Shown: positions 41,885 to 51,763 of the stretch, one piece after another
How positions within the stretch are numbered: position 1 is the stretch's first letter
How the letters are laid out: the number at the start of each line of letters is the position of its first letter
From: Nitrospirota bacterium
GTDB taxonomy: Bacteria; Nitrospirota; Thermodesulfovibrionia; Thermodesulfovibrionales; Dissulfurispiraceae
Direction: 5' to 3'
Length of the DNA: 64,000 nucleotides
Assembly: GCA_963710375.1 (NCBI GenBank)
Contig: CAVPZX010000008.1
Location: 96,001-160,000, forward strand
Notes under the pieces: model-generated
Told to the model about the DNA's origin: nothing
The model's database searches: none
The model's input: the letters and a program-made list of their open reading frames with translations, nothing else
Position numbers and translations under genes: made by a program

Positions 41885-42988
41885 TCAAATATATCCCTCG
41901 ACCAGTATATCTTCGCCGATTTTTCTTGTCCGAAGGTCCCGGACCTTGTAGGCGTCTTCAAGTCTCCTGAAGACGCTGCCGCCTATTGCAGGAAGCGAAT
42001 GACTGCCGCCGATTATTTTGGGAGCGATAAAGAAAACCACTTTATCGACAATGCCGTCCTGCAGTGCATAGGCGCCCAGCGAAGAACCACCTTCTATCAT
42101 GACTGATGTAATGCCGCGAATGCCGAGCTTAGTCATCAACCATTCTAGGTCCACCCGCTCTCCTTCATACTCGATGATTTCCACCCCCCTGTCGAGCAGC
42201 GCCTGCTTCTTTCTCTGCTTTACCTCCGACTGATGATCACTTCCAGCCGTTCTCTTGCCGATGAGTATGGTTTGGGGTGGAAGATCAAAAATGTTGCAGT
42301 CCAGTGGCGCTTCACAAAGGGGATCTATAACGATCCTTTGAGGCTGGTGCGCTTCATTCCGGCTTCCCATCCCTTTATCGGGCCGGGCAGTGAGGCGTGG
42401 ATTGTCGGCCTTAACGGTCCCGACAGCGGTAAGAATGGCATCCATCCTGCTCCTCATCTTGTGGACAAGACGCCTGGATTGCTCGCCAGTTATCCACTTG
42501 GACTGGCCTTCGGGTGTCGCAATCTTCCCGTCAAGGGTCATGGCAACTTTTAAAGTCACAAAGGGTTTACTTGTGGTAATAAATTTTATGTATGCCTCAT
42601 TCAGCCTTTGCGCTTCACTCTTGAAAAGTCCTTCAACAACATCTATGCCGTGCCGCTTCAACTCACGCATCCCTTTGCCGGACACTTTCGGGTTGGGATC
42701 TTCCATACAGACAATGACTCTACCTATGTTCGCTTTTATTATCGCTTTTGTGCAGGGAGGTGTTCTTTTGTCGAGATGGCAGCAGGGTTCCAGCGTCACA
42801 TAAAGAGTAGAGCCTTCGGCCTTATCGCCCGCCTTGAGGATTGCGAGTGCTTCGGCATGTAGTTCTCCGGCTTTCTTGTGGTAGTCTTCGGAAACAATAA
42901 CGCCATTATTTACAATTACAGCCCCCACCATCGGGTTGGGGCTTGTCATGCCTCTGGCTCGTGCAGCAAGCCGTAAGGCCCGCCGCAT
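41885..42988 (-). CDS. ribD: Riboflavin biosynthesis deaminase/reductase (start uncertain because of the MITE)
   Basis: SPNPMVGAV, HAE, TLEPCCH...PPC, MTLDGKIA, IEGGS motifs. Confidence 0.95.
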   Translation of the reverse strand: MRRALRLAARARGMTSPNPMVGAVIVNNGVIVSEDYHKKAGELHAEALAILKAGDKAEGSTLYVTLEPCCHLDKRTPPCTKAIIKANIGRVIVCMEDPNPKVSGKGMRELKRHGIDVVEGLFKSEAQRLNEAYIKFITTSKPFVTLKVAMTLDGKIATPEGQSKWITGEQSRRLVHKMRSRMDAILTAVGTVKADNPRLTARPDKGMGSRNEAHQPQRIVIDPLCEAPLDCNIFDLPPQTILIGKRTAGSDHQSEVKQRKKQALLDRGVEIIEYEGERVDLEWLMTKLGIRGITSVMIEGGSSLGAYALQDGIVDKVVFFIAPKIIGGSHSLPAIGGSVFRRLEDAYKVRDLRTRKIGEDILVEGYI

Positions 42989-43004
42989 AAATATTTTGTC
43001 CTGA

Positions 43005-43185
43005 GGGCTCGCGCATAAATAACTTGCACACTGATGCATCTCAGATTTACGGTTCATATTTGACCGATCCTCAATCGAAAAATCCTCAACGTAGCGGTGC
43101 TACGCCTGCGGTTTTGCTCAATCGGATCAGCAAATCTGACCCAAATCTGAGCGCCTGAATGCACAAGTTATTTATGCGCGAGCCC
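43005..43185 (-). mobile_element. MITE, family B copy 2 (181 bp)
   Basis: Perfect TIR gggctcgcgcataaataacttg; flanks TGA/TTA; reverse-complement homologue of 41332-41511. Confidence 0.9.
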
Positions 43186-43189
43186 TTAT

Positions 43190-44653
43190 CTAAAATCCGA
43201 ACTCCTTCCACCGGTGATCAACGAGCCGCTTTATTTCTTCTGACATAAACAGCTCCTGGGGCCACTCCCTCATCATACCCTCTTCCTTTGTTTTTCTTGT
43301 TGCATCGATGCCCATTTTTGATCCGTATCTAGGCCAGTTAGCGGCATGGTCGAGGTCATCCAGAGGGCCATCTGCAATTACCACGTCCCTCTTCCAGTCA
43401 ACGTTGTTAAGGACACGCCAGGCAGTATAGGAAATATTTTGCACATCTACATCATCATCCACTATTACGAGCAGCTTTGCGAACATCATCTGTCCCTTGC
43501 CCCAGAGGCCATGTATTATTTTCTTGGCATGTCCGGGATAGCTCTTCCTGATCGAAATCAATGCAGCATTATGAAAAACTCCCTCCATAGGAAGGTTAAT
43601 ATCCCTTATCTCAGGAAAATCCAGCTTCATGAGCGGCAGAAAGATGCGTTCCGTTGCCTTGCCCATATAACAGTCTTCCATAGGGGGTTTCCCCACAATT
43701 GTGGCAGGGTACACCAGGTCCTTTCTGTGAGTAATACAGTCCACATGGAATACCGGGTAGTAATCGGCAGCCGAGTAGAAACCGGTATGATCGCCGAATG
43801 GTCCTTCGATGCGCATTTCTCCGGGCTGAAGATGTCCCTCTATCACCAGCTCGCTGTTTGCCGGCACCTCTATATCGGAAGTGATGCATTTGACCATCTC
43901 CACTGGACGCCTGCGCAGAAAGCCGGCAAAAAGCATCTCATCCACGGATTCGGGAAGCGGTGCGCTCGACGCATAGATAACCGCCGGGTCGCTGCCGACG
44001 GCAATGGCGGCAGGCATCTTCTGCTGCGCATCCTTATATCTCTCATAGTGACGGGCCCCGTCCTTGTGAATATGCCAGTGCATGCCTGTTGTCGTCTTAT
44101 CGTATACATGAATCCTGTACATACCGCAATTCTGTCGTCCCGTTACAGGTTCTCTCGTGAATACCATGGGAAGGGTTATAAAGCGCCCCTCGTCGGTAGG
44201 CTGTCCGTCACCCGGCCAGCACTTGATTATGGGGAATATGCCCAAGTCGGGATTGTCCTTTTCGACGACCTCCTGGCATGGCGCACTCTTTATGGTCTTG
44301 GGAAGATATTTCGAGAATTCCAGGAGTTTCGGCAGCATTGCCAACTTTTCATACAGCGTCTTCGGAGGCGCCTGGTTGAGCATATCTTCTATGCGCACAG
44401 CCACATCATCGAGTTTATTTACTTCAAGTGCAAGGCACATACGTTCAAAAGAACCGAAAAGATTGGTAACAACAGGATACCGAGAGCCTTTTACTTTTTC
44501 GAAATAAAGCGCCTTACCCCCATTCGGGCTCTTGCACATTCTATCGGTAATCTCGGCAATTTCAAGAATTGGGTCAACCTCGACCTTAATTCTATGGAGA
44601 AGTCCCTTTGTTTCCAGCACCCCTATAAAATCTCTCAAGTCTCTATATGCCAT
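43190..44653 (-). CDS. ubiD: UbiD-family (menaquinone pathway) decarboxylase
   Basis: EGPFGDHTGFY, GKPPMED, SKMGIDAT motifs. Confidence 0.92.
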   Translation of the reverse strand: MAYRDLRDFIGVLETKGLLHRIKVEVDPILEIAEITDRMCKSPNGGKALYFEKVKGSRYPVVTNLFGSFERMCLALEVNKLDDVAVRIEDMLNQAPPKTLYEKLAMLPKLLEFSKYLPKTIKSAPCQEVVEKDNPDLGIFPIIKCWPGDGQPTDEGRFITLPMVFTREPVTGRQNCGMYRIHVYDKTTTGMHWHIHKDGARHYERYKDAQQKMPAAIAVGSDPAVIYASSAPLPESVDEMLFAGFLRRRPVEMVKCITSDIEVPANSELVIEGHLQPGEMRIEGPFGDHTGFYSAADYYPVFHVDCITHRKDLVYPATIVGKPPMEDCYMGKATERIFLPLMKLDFPEIRDINLPMEGVFHNAALISIRKSYPGHAKKIIHGLWGKGQMMFAKLLVIVDDDVDVQNISYTAWRVLNNVDWKRDVVIADGPLDDLDHAANWPRYGSKMGIDATRKTKEEGMMREWPQELFMSEEIKRLVDHRWKEFGF

Positions 44654-44696
44654 AATTCATCTGAACCATCGACTCTTTTAGAATAACACTTGCCCC

Positions 44697-45431
44697 TCAC
44701 TCCTCGCTTCTATTAATGAGGTACTTGGCAGCAACTGCTTCAAGAGTGCTGGGGGAAGGCAGCCCCTGATATAACAATTGCAATGCTTCCAGATCAGATT
44801 TCCACACAACATCTCCGGGAGCAACCAAAGAAATGCTCCCCTGCTCATAGCTCGTAAAAAGCTTATTATCCTTAAAATAATAATGTCCCTTGCTTATCCC
44901 GGTAGTATAAACCCGCATTAACGGAGGAATATCATCTGGTTTAAACCAAATCTTTATTTCTCTCTCTGCTTCACTCAATGTTGCCGACGCATGTATGAGA
45001 TTATCCATACGTTCGCCAACGACATTCCCAGCATCATCTTTTACCGGTACAATTGCCCCCAGAGCACGAATGCAGCCGGGTCTTTGATCTCTGGCAACGT
45101 TAGGATTGGTCGGCCCCGAGATATGCCGAATTTTTTGCACAGCATCCTCACCCTGATAGACAAGAGCTATTATCCTGCGCTTCCATGGTTCATCAGGATA
45201 ATGGCTATATCCCATGATGAACTCGATAAGCGCCGGGAAAAAAACCTTTCCCTTATGTTCGGCATAGTGTTCTTCGGCAAGCATTTTACTGACATTAACT
45301 ATCTTTGCTCCGGCAAAACGCAAACCGGTATGGAATTCCGAAAGTTGGGATATCACATATCCTGTCAGCGAATTTTTCAATGCATCCGGTTTAATCAACA
45401 CGAGCGTCTGTTCAGATACTCCTTTATTCAT
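44697..45431 (-). CDS. ndk: Nucleoside diphosphate kinase with a C-terminal extension
   Basis: TLVLIKPDA, HYAEHKGK, GPTNP, NLIHAS motifs. Confidence 0.85.
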   Translation of the reverse strand: MNKGVSEQTLVLIKPDALKNSLTGYVISQLSEFHTGLRFAGAKIVNVSKMLAEEHYAEHKGKVFFPALIEFIMGYSHYPDEPWKRRIIALVYQGEDAVQKIRHISGPTNPNVARDQRPGCIRALGAIVPVKDDAGNVVGERMDNLIHASATLSEAEREIKIWFKPDDIPPLMRVYTTGISKGHYYFKDNKLFTSYEQGSISLVAPGDVVWKSDLEALQLLYQGLPSPSTLEAVAAKYLINRSEE

Positions 45432-45447
45432 AAATAAAATCTCCTTA

Positions 45448-46374
45448 TTATAACTTCAACTGTTCGACAAGCCCTTTTACCGCACTCACCGACTTCGCAA
45501 GATCAGCCTTTTCCTGCTCGTTCAATTGCAGTTCTACGATTTTCTCAATACCGCCGCTTCCAAGTATGACAGGCACTCCGGTATAGACACCCTGTGCACC
45601 GTACTCACCTTTGAGCATGGCAGAACACGGCATCATTCTTTTTCTGTCGAATAAGATGGCATCGACCATCTGGCATGCAGCTGCTGCAGGGGCATAATAG
45701 GCGCTGCCTGTTTTCAGTAAAGATACGATCTCTGCGCCGCCCTGCCGAGTCCTTTCAACCAAAGCATCTATCCTGTCCCTGCTTATGAGTTCTGTAATCG
45801 GGACCCCCCGGACTGTTGTAAAACGGGGCATGGGAACCATCAGGTCTCCGTGGCCGCCGCATACGAGAGCCTCCACATCCTGGGGTGAAACACCCAGTTC
45901 CATTGCTGTAAAGGCCCTTAACCGTGCTGAATCAAGCACGCCGCCCATGCCGACGACCCGTGACGGCTCAAAGCCCGAAACCTTTAAGCATATCTGTGCC
46001 ATCACATCCATAGGATTAGTGACGTTGATAATTATGGCGCGCGGAGACAGCTTTGCCGCTTTAGAAGCGACATCCGACACGATTTTGGCATTAGCCATGA
46101 GGAGATCGTCGCGGCTCATCCCCGGCTTGCGGGCAAGCCCAGCCGTTATCACAATAATATCAGAATCACGGGTACTCGAAAAGTCGTTTGTCCCGACTAT
46201 TGATGATGAAGACCCCCACAACGGGCATGCCTCTGCCAGATCCAGCGCCTTGCCTTTGGTAATCTCTTCATCGACATCAATTAGCACCACATCAGCAATA
46301 CTGCCACGAGCAATCATCATCCCAAGCGTAGCGCCCACAAAACCTGCACCTATGACCGAAACCTTCTTGTTCAT
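45448..46374 (-). CDS. mdh: Malate dehydrogenase (LDH-like)
   Basis: GAGFVG, ARKPGMSRDDLL, LDSAR, GGHGD motifs. Confidence 0.95.
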   Translation of the reverse strand: MNKKVSVIGAGFVGATLGMMIARGSIADVVLIDVDEEITKGKALDLAEACPLWGSSSSIVGTNDFSSTRDSDIIVITAGLARKPGMSRDDLLMANAKIVSDVASKAAKLSPRAIIINVTNPMDVMAQICLKVSGFEPSRVVGMGGVLDSARLRAFTAMELGVSPQDVEALVCGGHGDLMVPMPRFTTVRGVPITELISRDRIDALVERTRQGGAEIVSLLKTGSAYYAPAAAACQMVDAILFDRKRMMPCSAMLKGEYGAQGVYTGVPVILGSGGIEKIVELQLNEQEKADLAKSVSAVKGLVEQLKL

Positions 46375-46410
46375 TGCACTCTCCCTCCTTTAATTATCAA
46401 GATATATTGC

Positions 46411-46647
46411 TCAGAATCCACAAATATTGAACGGACCTTTTATTTTTATCCTCACCTGTTCACCTTCCCTCTCTATGGTATATGTGCAGTTAAAGGCCCG
46501 TACATATAACTCGAACATTTTTAATTCCCTGTCATTGTTGTCGATGAGCACCTCGACATCTTCGTTCACCAGGCAAAGCCCGGCAAAGTGCCTATTGAAT
46601 TCCTTAAGGTGTTCCGGGTGCGCCAAGCCTCTCGCATCAATAAACAT
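46411..46647 (-). CDS. TusA-like small protein lacking the CPxP cysteine
   Basis: IDARGLAHPEH N-terminus; TusA-like size and pattern. Confidence 0.6.
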   Translation of the reverse strand: MFIDARGLAHPEHLKEFNRHFAGLCLVNEDVEVLIDNNDRELKMFELYVRAFNCTYTIEREGEQVRIKIKGPFNICGF

Positions 46648-47601
46648 CTATATCTTCTGCAATTCCGACACCGTCTTTTCCAATGATGCAATATCCTCAA
46701 CATTGAAAAGTCGAGCCGACGGCTCTATTCGCTTAATAAGTCCTTTTAGCACCTTGCCGGGCCCAACCTCGATAAAGCTTTCTATCCCGGCCAGAGCCAT
46801 ATTTTTAATGCAATCTTCCCATAATACCGCGTGGCTCAATTGCCTGACAAGAGACTGCTTTATTACAGCGGGACCAGAAATACACTGCGCATCGGAATTG
46901 CTGAAAAATGGGATACCCGCCTCTTTTACAACAACTCCTTTAAGTGCCTCTTCCAATTGCCTTCCTGCATTATCCATCAGTTTGCAATGTACCGGAATGC
47001 TGACAGCCAGCGGCACGGTTCGTTTTGCACCGGCAGTCTTTGCGCGCTCCATGGCTTCTTCAACTGCAGGGCGTTCTCCGGAGATTACAATCTGGCCGGG
47101 GCAATTATAGTTTGCTGCTGCGACATAGCCTGAAACAACCGACCCGCAGATATCATCAATAACCATTCTGTCCAGCCCAAGGATGGCTGCCACGAGACCC
47201 TTACCTTCCGGGACCGCCTCCTGCATTATTTTTCCCCTGGTCCCGGTCAGCTTTACGGCATCCCTGAACGAAAGGCTCCCGGCCGCCACCAGTGCCGAAT
47301 ATTCTCCAAGGCTGTGCCCTGCCACAGCACAAGTATGAATATTTCCCGATTTTAAAACAGAATACGAAGCAATACTGGCCACAAGCAGGCAGGGTTGGGT
47401 CCTATTCGTTTTATTCAACGCTTCGACAGGCCCGTTGAAGCTAAGGCCGGCTACGTCAAAGCCGAGAATAACGGATGCGGTCTCATACAGTTCTTTAACT
47501 GCATCAAAATTGTCGTAAAGGTCTTTTCCCATGCCGACCTGCTGAGAGCCCTGACCCGGGAACACAAAAGCGATACGGCCTGACGCGGAGATATTTGTCA
47601 C
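46648..47601 (-). CDS. fabD: Malonyl-CoA:ACP transacylase
   Basis: FPGQGSQ, AGHSLGEY, ANYNCPGQ, EVGPG motifs. Confidence 0.96.
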   Translation of the reverse strand: MTNISASGRIAFVFPGQGSQQVGMGKDLYDNFDAVKELYETASVILGFDVAGLSFNGPVEALNKTNRTQPCLLVASIASYSVLKSGNIHTCAVAGHSLGEYSALVAAGSLSFRDAVKLTGTRGKIMQEAVPEGKGLVAAILGLDRMVIDDICGSVVSGYVAAANYNCPGQIVISGERPAVEEAMERAKTAGAKRTVPLAVSIPVHCKLMDNAGRQLEEALKGVVVKEAGIPFFSNSDAQCISGPAVIKQSLVRQLSHAVLWEDCIKNMALAGIESFIEVGPGKVLKGLIKRIEPSARLFNVEDIASLEKTVSELQKI

Positions 47602-48800
47602 TGGTTTCCTTCTTTAAGTTTCTTGATCAAAAGCGGAATGACTTCATTCACGTCGCCCACAATTCCATATGTCGCGGCCTTAAATATAGGGGCCTCGGGA
47701 TTTTTATTGATTGCGATAATTATATCAGATGACTGCATACCCGCAAGGTGCTGGACCGCTCCCGATATTCCGCAGGCTATATAGACTTTCGGACAGACCG
47801 TTTTTCCAGTCTGCCCTACCTGATGCATATATGATATCCATCCCTCATCGACTGCCGCCCTTGAAGCAGCTACAGAACCGCCCAACAGAACAGCCAACTC
47901 CTCAAGCATACCAAATCCTTTGGCATTGCACATACCCCTGCCACCCGAGACGATGACCTCTGCTTCCTGCAGATTGACCATGCATTCCGATGTCTCTTTA
48001 AGTGATTCAACCACTTTTGTTCTGCTGGTGAGATTACCTGCATCCACAGGGACAACTTCACCCTTTCTGCCGTGATCCGCTTCTATCCTCTTCATCACCC
48101 TGGGCCTGACAGTTGCAATCTGCGGGCGATTATCGGGACAAAGAATAGTTGCCATAATATTGCCTCCGAACGCCGGCCTTATCTGCAGCAGGTTGCCTGT
48201 TTCCTTATCAATTTCTAGCGCAGTGCAGTCTGCCGTCAGCCCGGTTTTAAGTCGTGCCGCCACCCTTGGGATAAACGACCGGCCCAGAGGTGTAGCGCCG
48301 GCAAGGACGATCCCGGGTTTGTGGTCTTTTATGAGTGCAGTAAGCATTTGCGCGTACGGCTCGTCATTAAACTTCTCAAATATCGGGTCGCCGCAATAGT
48401 ACACCTTGTCCGCGCCCCATGAGATCAGCTCCCTGGCAGCGTCCCCGGAGGCGCCGAGCAGCACTGCAGCCAACTCAGTCTTCAGTTCATCGGCAAGTTT
48501 TCTGCCTGCTCCCAGGAGTTCGTATGCCACGGAAGCGATTCTTCCGTCCCGCTGTTCCGCAAAAACCCATACACCCAGGTAGGCTGCCAGGTACTCTGAT
48601 AATCCTGCTTTTTGTTTGTCTCCCTCCTCTGCAATTTCAATAATCGCTCCTTCGGGACAAGCACTCATGCATGTTCTGCAGAATTCACAATACAAATTAA
48701 TAAAGGCCTTTCCGCCTTTTATTTCTATCGCGGTATAGGGGCACGTTTTTATACATTCCTCGCAACCGGTGCATTTCTCTGTATTTATGATGATACGCAT
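47598..48800 (-). CDS. etfA: Electron transfer flavoprotein alpha subunit with an N-terminal 2x[4Fe-4S] domain
   Basis: Two CxxCxxCxxxCP motifs; RPAFGGN, QVGQTGK, GISGAVQH. Confidence 0.94.
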   Translation of the reverse strand: MRIIINTEKCTGCEECIKTCPYTAIEIKGGKAFINLYCEFCRTCMSACPEGAIIEIAEEGDKQKAGLSEYLAAYLGVWVFAEQRDGRIASVAYELLGAGRKLADELKTELAAVLLGASGDAARELISWGADKVYYCGDPIFEKFNDEPYAQMLTALIKDHKPGIVLAGATPLGRSFIPRVAARLKTGLTADCTALEIDKETGNLLQIRPAFGGNIMATILCPDNRPQIATVRPRVMKRIEADHGRKGEVVPVDAGNLTSRTKVVESLKETSECMVNLQEAEVIVSGGRGMCNAKGFGMLEELAVLLGGSVAASRAAVDEGWISYMHQVGQTGKTVCPKVYIACGISGAVQHLAGMQSSDIIIAINKNPEAPIFKAATYGIVGDVNEVIPLLIKKLKEGNQ

Positions 48801-49573
48801 TTCAGCCCTCTCAGCTCTTTTACAAGCGCTGCCACCTGTTCCTCAATACTGCCCTCAAGCATCTTCCTGTTGGATCTTACTTGCGGTGCAAATATATTCT
48901 TGACCTGTGTAGGGGAGCCCTTTAACCCTACATTTTCCTCTTCCGCGCCTATTGCCTTTAAATCCATTTTCGTAATAATCGCCTTCTTCGCAGCCATCTT
49001 GCCCTTGAGCGAGGGGAGGCGCGGCGTGTTCAATTCCTTCACAACAGTCAGCAGCACCGGAAGTGATGATTCCACCACATCATAGCCGTCATCCATTAAA
49101 CGTTGCACCCTTATCATGCCGGCTGACAGTTCATCAATCTTTCTCACATACGCTATATGGGGGATATTCAGGAATTCCGCCACTTCTGGACCGACCTGCG
49201 CAGTATCGCCATCTATTGCCTGTTTGCCGCAAAAGATGATGTCATAGTCCATCTTTTCTATGGCTTTGGAAAGCGCATATGATGTCGCCCACGTATCGGC
49301 GCCTGCAAATGCCCTGTCCGAGATGAGCCGCACTTCATCAGCGCCCACAGAGACGGCATCCCTCAAAGCGCTCTCTGCCTGAGGAGGACCCATAGTAATA
49401 ACCGTTACTTTCCCGCCTGTTTGCTCCCTGATCTGGATTGCAGCCTCGAGCGCGTGCAGGTCATAGGGATTGATAATACTGGGAACTCCCTCGCGCACGA
49501 GCGTATTTGTATCAGGATTTATCCTTACCTCGGCGGTATCCGGGACCTGTTTTATGCAAACAATGATATTCAA
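48785..49573 (-). CDS. etfB: Electron transfer flavoprotein beta subunit
   Basis: VCIKQVPD, AGADTWAT, GKQAIDGDTAQVGP motifs. Confidence 0.95.
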   Translation of the reverse strand: MNIIVCIKQVPDTAEVRINPDTNTLVREGVPSIINPYDLHALEAAIQIREQTGGKVTVITMGPPQAESALRDAVSVGADEVRLISDRAFAGADTWATSYALSKAIEKMDYDIIFCGKQAIDGDTAQVGPEVAEFLNIPHIAYVRKIDELSAGMIRVQRLMDDGYDVVESSLPVLLTVVKELNTPRLPSLKGKMAAKKAIITKMDLKAIGAEEENVGLKGSPTQVKNIFAPQVRSNRKMLEGSIEEQVAALVKELRGLKCVSS

Positions 49574-49617
49574 TATAACCTCCGGCTTTCTTGATATTTA
49601 GCCCGTCATTATACCCA

Positions 49618-49992
49618 TTATTTATTTGTACTTTCAAGTATAACCAATGCCACAGCATAATGCCGCTCGTGGGAAAGGGTAAGACTAATAACAAATTTCT
49701 CCGGTAAATCGCCCCGGACAGTAATATAGGGTTTTCCTGATGGATGGTTCAGGATTACGATATCTTTCAGGCTGGGTACCTTGTCCCAGGCCTCCGAGTC
49801 TGACAACGCCTTTATAAGTGCCTCTTTTGCAGCAAAACGGCCAGCCAGACACTGAAACACGTTTTTTCTTTTATAACAATAAGATATTTCACTATCACTA
49901 AATATCTTCTCCAGGAACTTGTGTCTCCACCTTTGCACTCCATACATTATTCTATCGATTTCAACGATGTCTATGCCGATGCCTATTATCAT
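49618..49992 (-). CDS. acpS: Holo-ACP synthase
   Basis: GIGIDIVE, RFAAKEA, SHE motifs. Confidence 0.95.
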   Translation of the reverse strand: MIIGIGIDIVEIDRIMYGVQRWRHKFLEKIFSDSEISYCYKRKNVFQCLAGRFAAKEALIKALSDSEAWDKVPSLKDIVILNHPSGKPYITVRGDLPEKFVISLTLSHERHYAVALVILESTNK

Positions 49993-50001
49993 AATAAAAA
50001 C

Positions 50002-50125
50002 CAGGCAATAGGCAATAGGCTATAGGCTATAGGCATAAACCAAAGACAAATAGACAAAGAGTCAAGAAAACCTGAACAAGATTTTTTTCTTTTCCTATTG
50101 CCCATTGCCTATTGCCTATTGCCTG
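50002..50125. repeat. Heptamer (AGGCAAT) tandem-repeat hairpin
   Basis: caggcaataggcaataggctataggctatagg ... cctattgcccattgcctattgcctattgcctg; encodes the pdxJ C-terminus and stop. Confidence 0.85.
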
Positions 50126-50831
50126 TTCTTATCAACTCCTTCATCTCCCTTACCGCCCTCTCGATTCCCACAAGTACAGCCCTGGAAATGATGCTGTGGC
50201 CTATATAAAGCCCTCTGATTCCTTCTAAGGAGGCAATTCTTTTAACATTAAAGTAATTGAGGCCATGTCCGGCATTAACGGCAAGGTCTAGCTTGTTTGC
50301 AATGTTCACCGCTTCCATAACACGGTGCAGTTCGGCATCCTGTTTCTTCCCCTTTGCATTGGCGTATAGTCCGGTATGGATCTCGACCATGTCGGCGCCG
50401 ACCTCTTTAGAGATGTCCACATCCATTATGTAAGGATTAATAAACAGGCTGACCGGGATATTTGCGCTGTGAATTTTTTTGATGGCCTCCTTGAGACGCT
50501 CTTTCTGAGCTGCCATGTCCAGCCCACCTTCTGTCGTGAGTTCCTGTCGCTTCTCGGGCACAATGGTCACCAAATCGGGTTTCACCTCAAGGGCTGTTCG
50601 TATCATCTCATCTGTAGCAGCCATCTCAAGGTTCAGTTCGCAGCACACTGTCTCCCTCAAAAGCCTCACGTCCCTCTCATGTATATGCCGCTGGTCTTCC
50701 CTCAAATGAACGGTTATCCCGTCAGCTCCTCCCAATATGGCAAGCGTTGCAGCCATAACAGGATCGGGTTCGAAAGTTTTTCTGGCCTCTCTCACTGTAG
50801 CCACGTGATCAACATTAACTCCGAGCAGCAT
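50109..50831 (-). CDS. pdxJ: Pyridoxine 5'-phosphate synthase
   Basis: [30 protein letters not shown] motifs. Confidence 0.97.
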   Translation of the reverse strand: MLLGVNVDHVATVREARKTFEPDPVMAATLAILGGADGITVHLREDQRHIHERDVRLLRETVCCELNLEMAATDEMIRTALEVKPDLVTIVPEKRQELTTEGGLDMAAQKERLKEAIKKIHSANIPVSLFINPYIMDVDISKEVGADMVEIHTGLYANAKGKKQDAELHRVMEAVNIANKLDLAVNAGHGLNYFNVKRIASLEGIRGLYIGHSIISRAVLVGIERAVREMKELIRTGNRQ

Positions 50832-50842
50832 TTGTATGCCTC

Positions 50843-51595
50843 CTAATATGCCAATTTATAAAACAGCAGACCCAAATATTCATGCAGAGCAATCGAGCTT
50901 TCTTCAAAGGTAACAGGCAGAAAATCCTGCCATCCGTATACCTTGTTCCTCCAGGTCCTGAAATTCGCCGGAAACGGCAGAACTTTCATGCCGGCTTTTT
51001 CAAAGGCTGAAACTGCTCGCCGCATGTGAAATGCCGAGGTTACGAGTACCGGTCTTTTGAAACCGTATTGAGTGCAGATTTCCACACTATATTTAGCATT
51101 CTCTATGGTATCCCTGCTCTTCGATTCCTCGATTATTTTTTTATGGGGCACCCCGAGATCTTCAAGAAACCGCCTCGCAACAACCGCTTCCGTCGTCGTC
51201 TGACCCTGATAAACGGCGCCACCGGAAACAATCACCGGGATACCGAGCAATATTTGGAGCCTTACAGCGGTAACGATTCTCGTCATCATTTCCCCACCTG
51301 GTGCTCCAATGCCAGAGAAATCCGGAGCTCCGGCAGAAATGCCGCCTCCGAGGAGCAGGATGACATCTCCATGTGGGGACTTTGGTATAGTATAGCTGCA
51401 TTCGAGTTCCCTAAACAACACATCTGTAAAGAAAATCGTAGAGGCCAGCCATACGGCAATGGCGATGACACAGCTTGCAAATCCCTCTTTCCACCGCCTT
51501 CTGGACAAGAACCATATACCGCAGAGGAAGAGCAGCAATATAAATATTCCCGGAGGAAGCAAAAAAGAAGCTATGATTCTCTCAATCATGAACAT
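50843..51595 (-). CDS. YdcF/DUF218 family membrane protein
   Basis: [28 protein letters not shown] motifs. Confidence 0.9.
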   Translation of the reverse strand: MFMIERIIASFLLPPGIFILLLFLCGIWFLSRRRWKEGFASCVIAIAVWLASTIFFTDVLFRELECSYTIPKSPHGDVILLLGGGISAGAPDFSGIGAPGGEMMTRIVTAVRLQILLGIPVIVSGGAVYQGQTTTEAVVARRFLEDLGVPHKKIIEESKSRDTIENAKYSVEICTQYGFKRPVLVTSAFHMRRAVSAFEKAGMKVLPFPANFRTWRNKVYGWQDFLPVTFEESSIALHEYLGLLFYKLAY

Positions 51596-51596
51596 T

Positions 51597-51758
51597 CGTG
51601 CCTCAGCTCATAAATACGGTGTCGCACCGAGAGCGTAGATGCGCCGCGCCAGCTAGGCGCGTGACCGAGGCGTACCGTATGTACGGCGAAGGAGCGCAAC
51701 AAAGCTGGAGCAGATGCAGCGGCGCTCGAATGCAACCGTATTTGTGAATTGAGGCACG
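51597..51758. mobile_element. MITE-like palindromic element related to family C
   Basis: 24-bp inverted repeat (3 mismatches); central gaggcgtaccgtatgtacg shared with 15094-15252. Confidence 0.7.
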
Positions 51759-51763
51759 CCAAC

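Noticed and set aside
43346..44686. 446-aa + strand ORF
   Set aside because: Antisense shadow of ubiD; no recognisable motifs.
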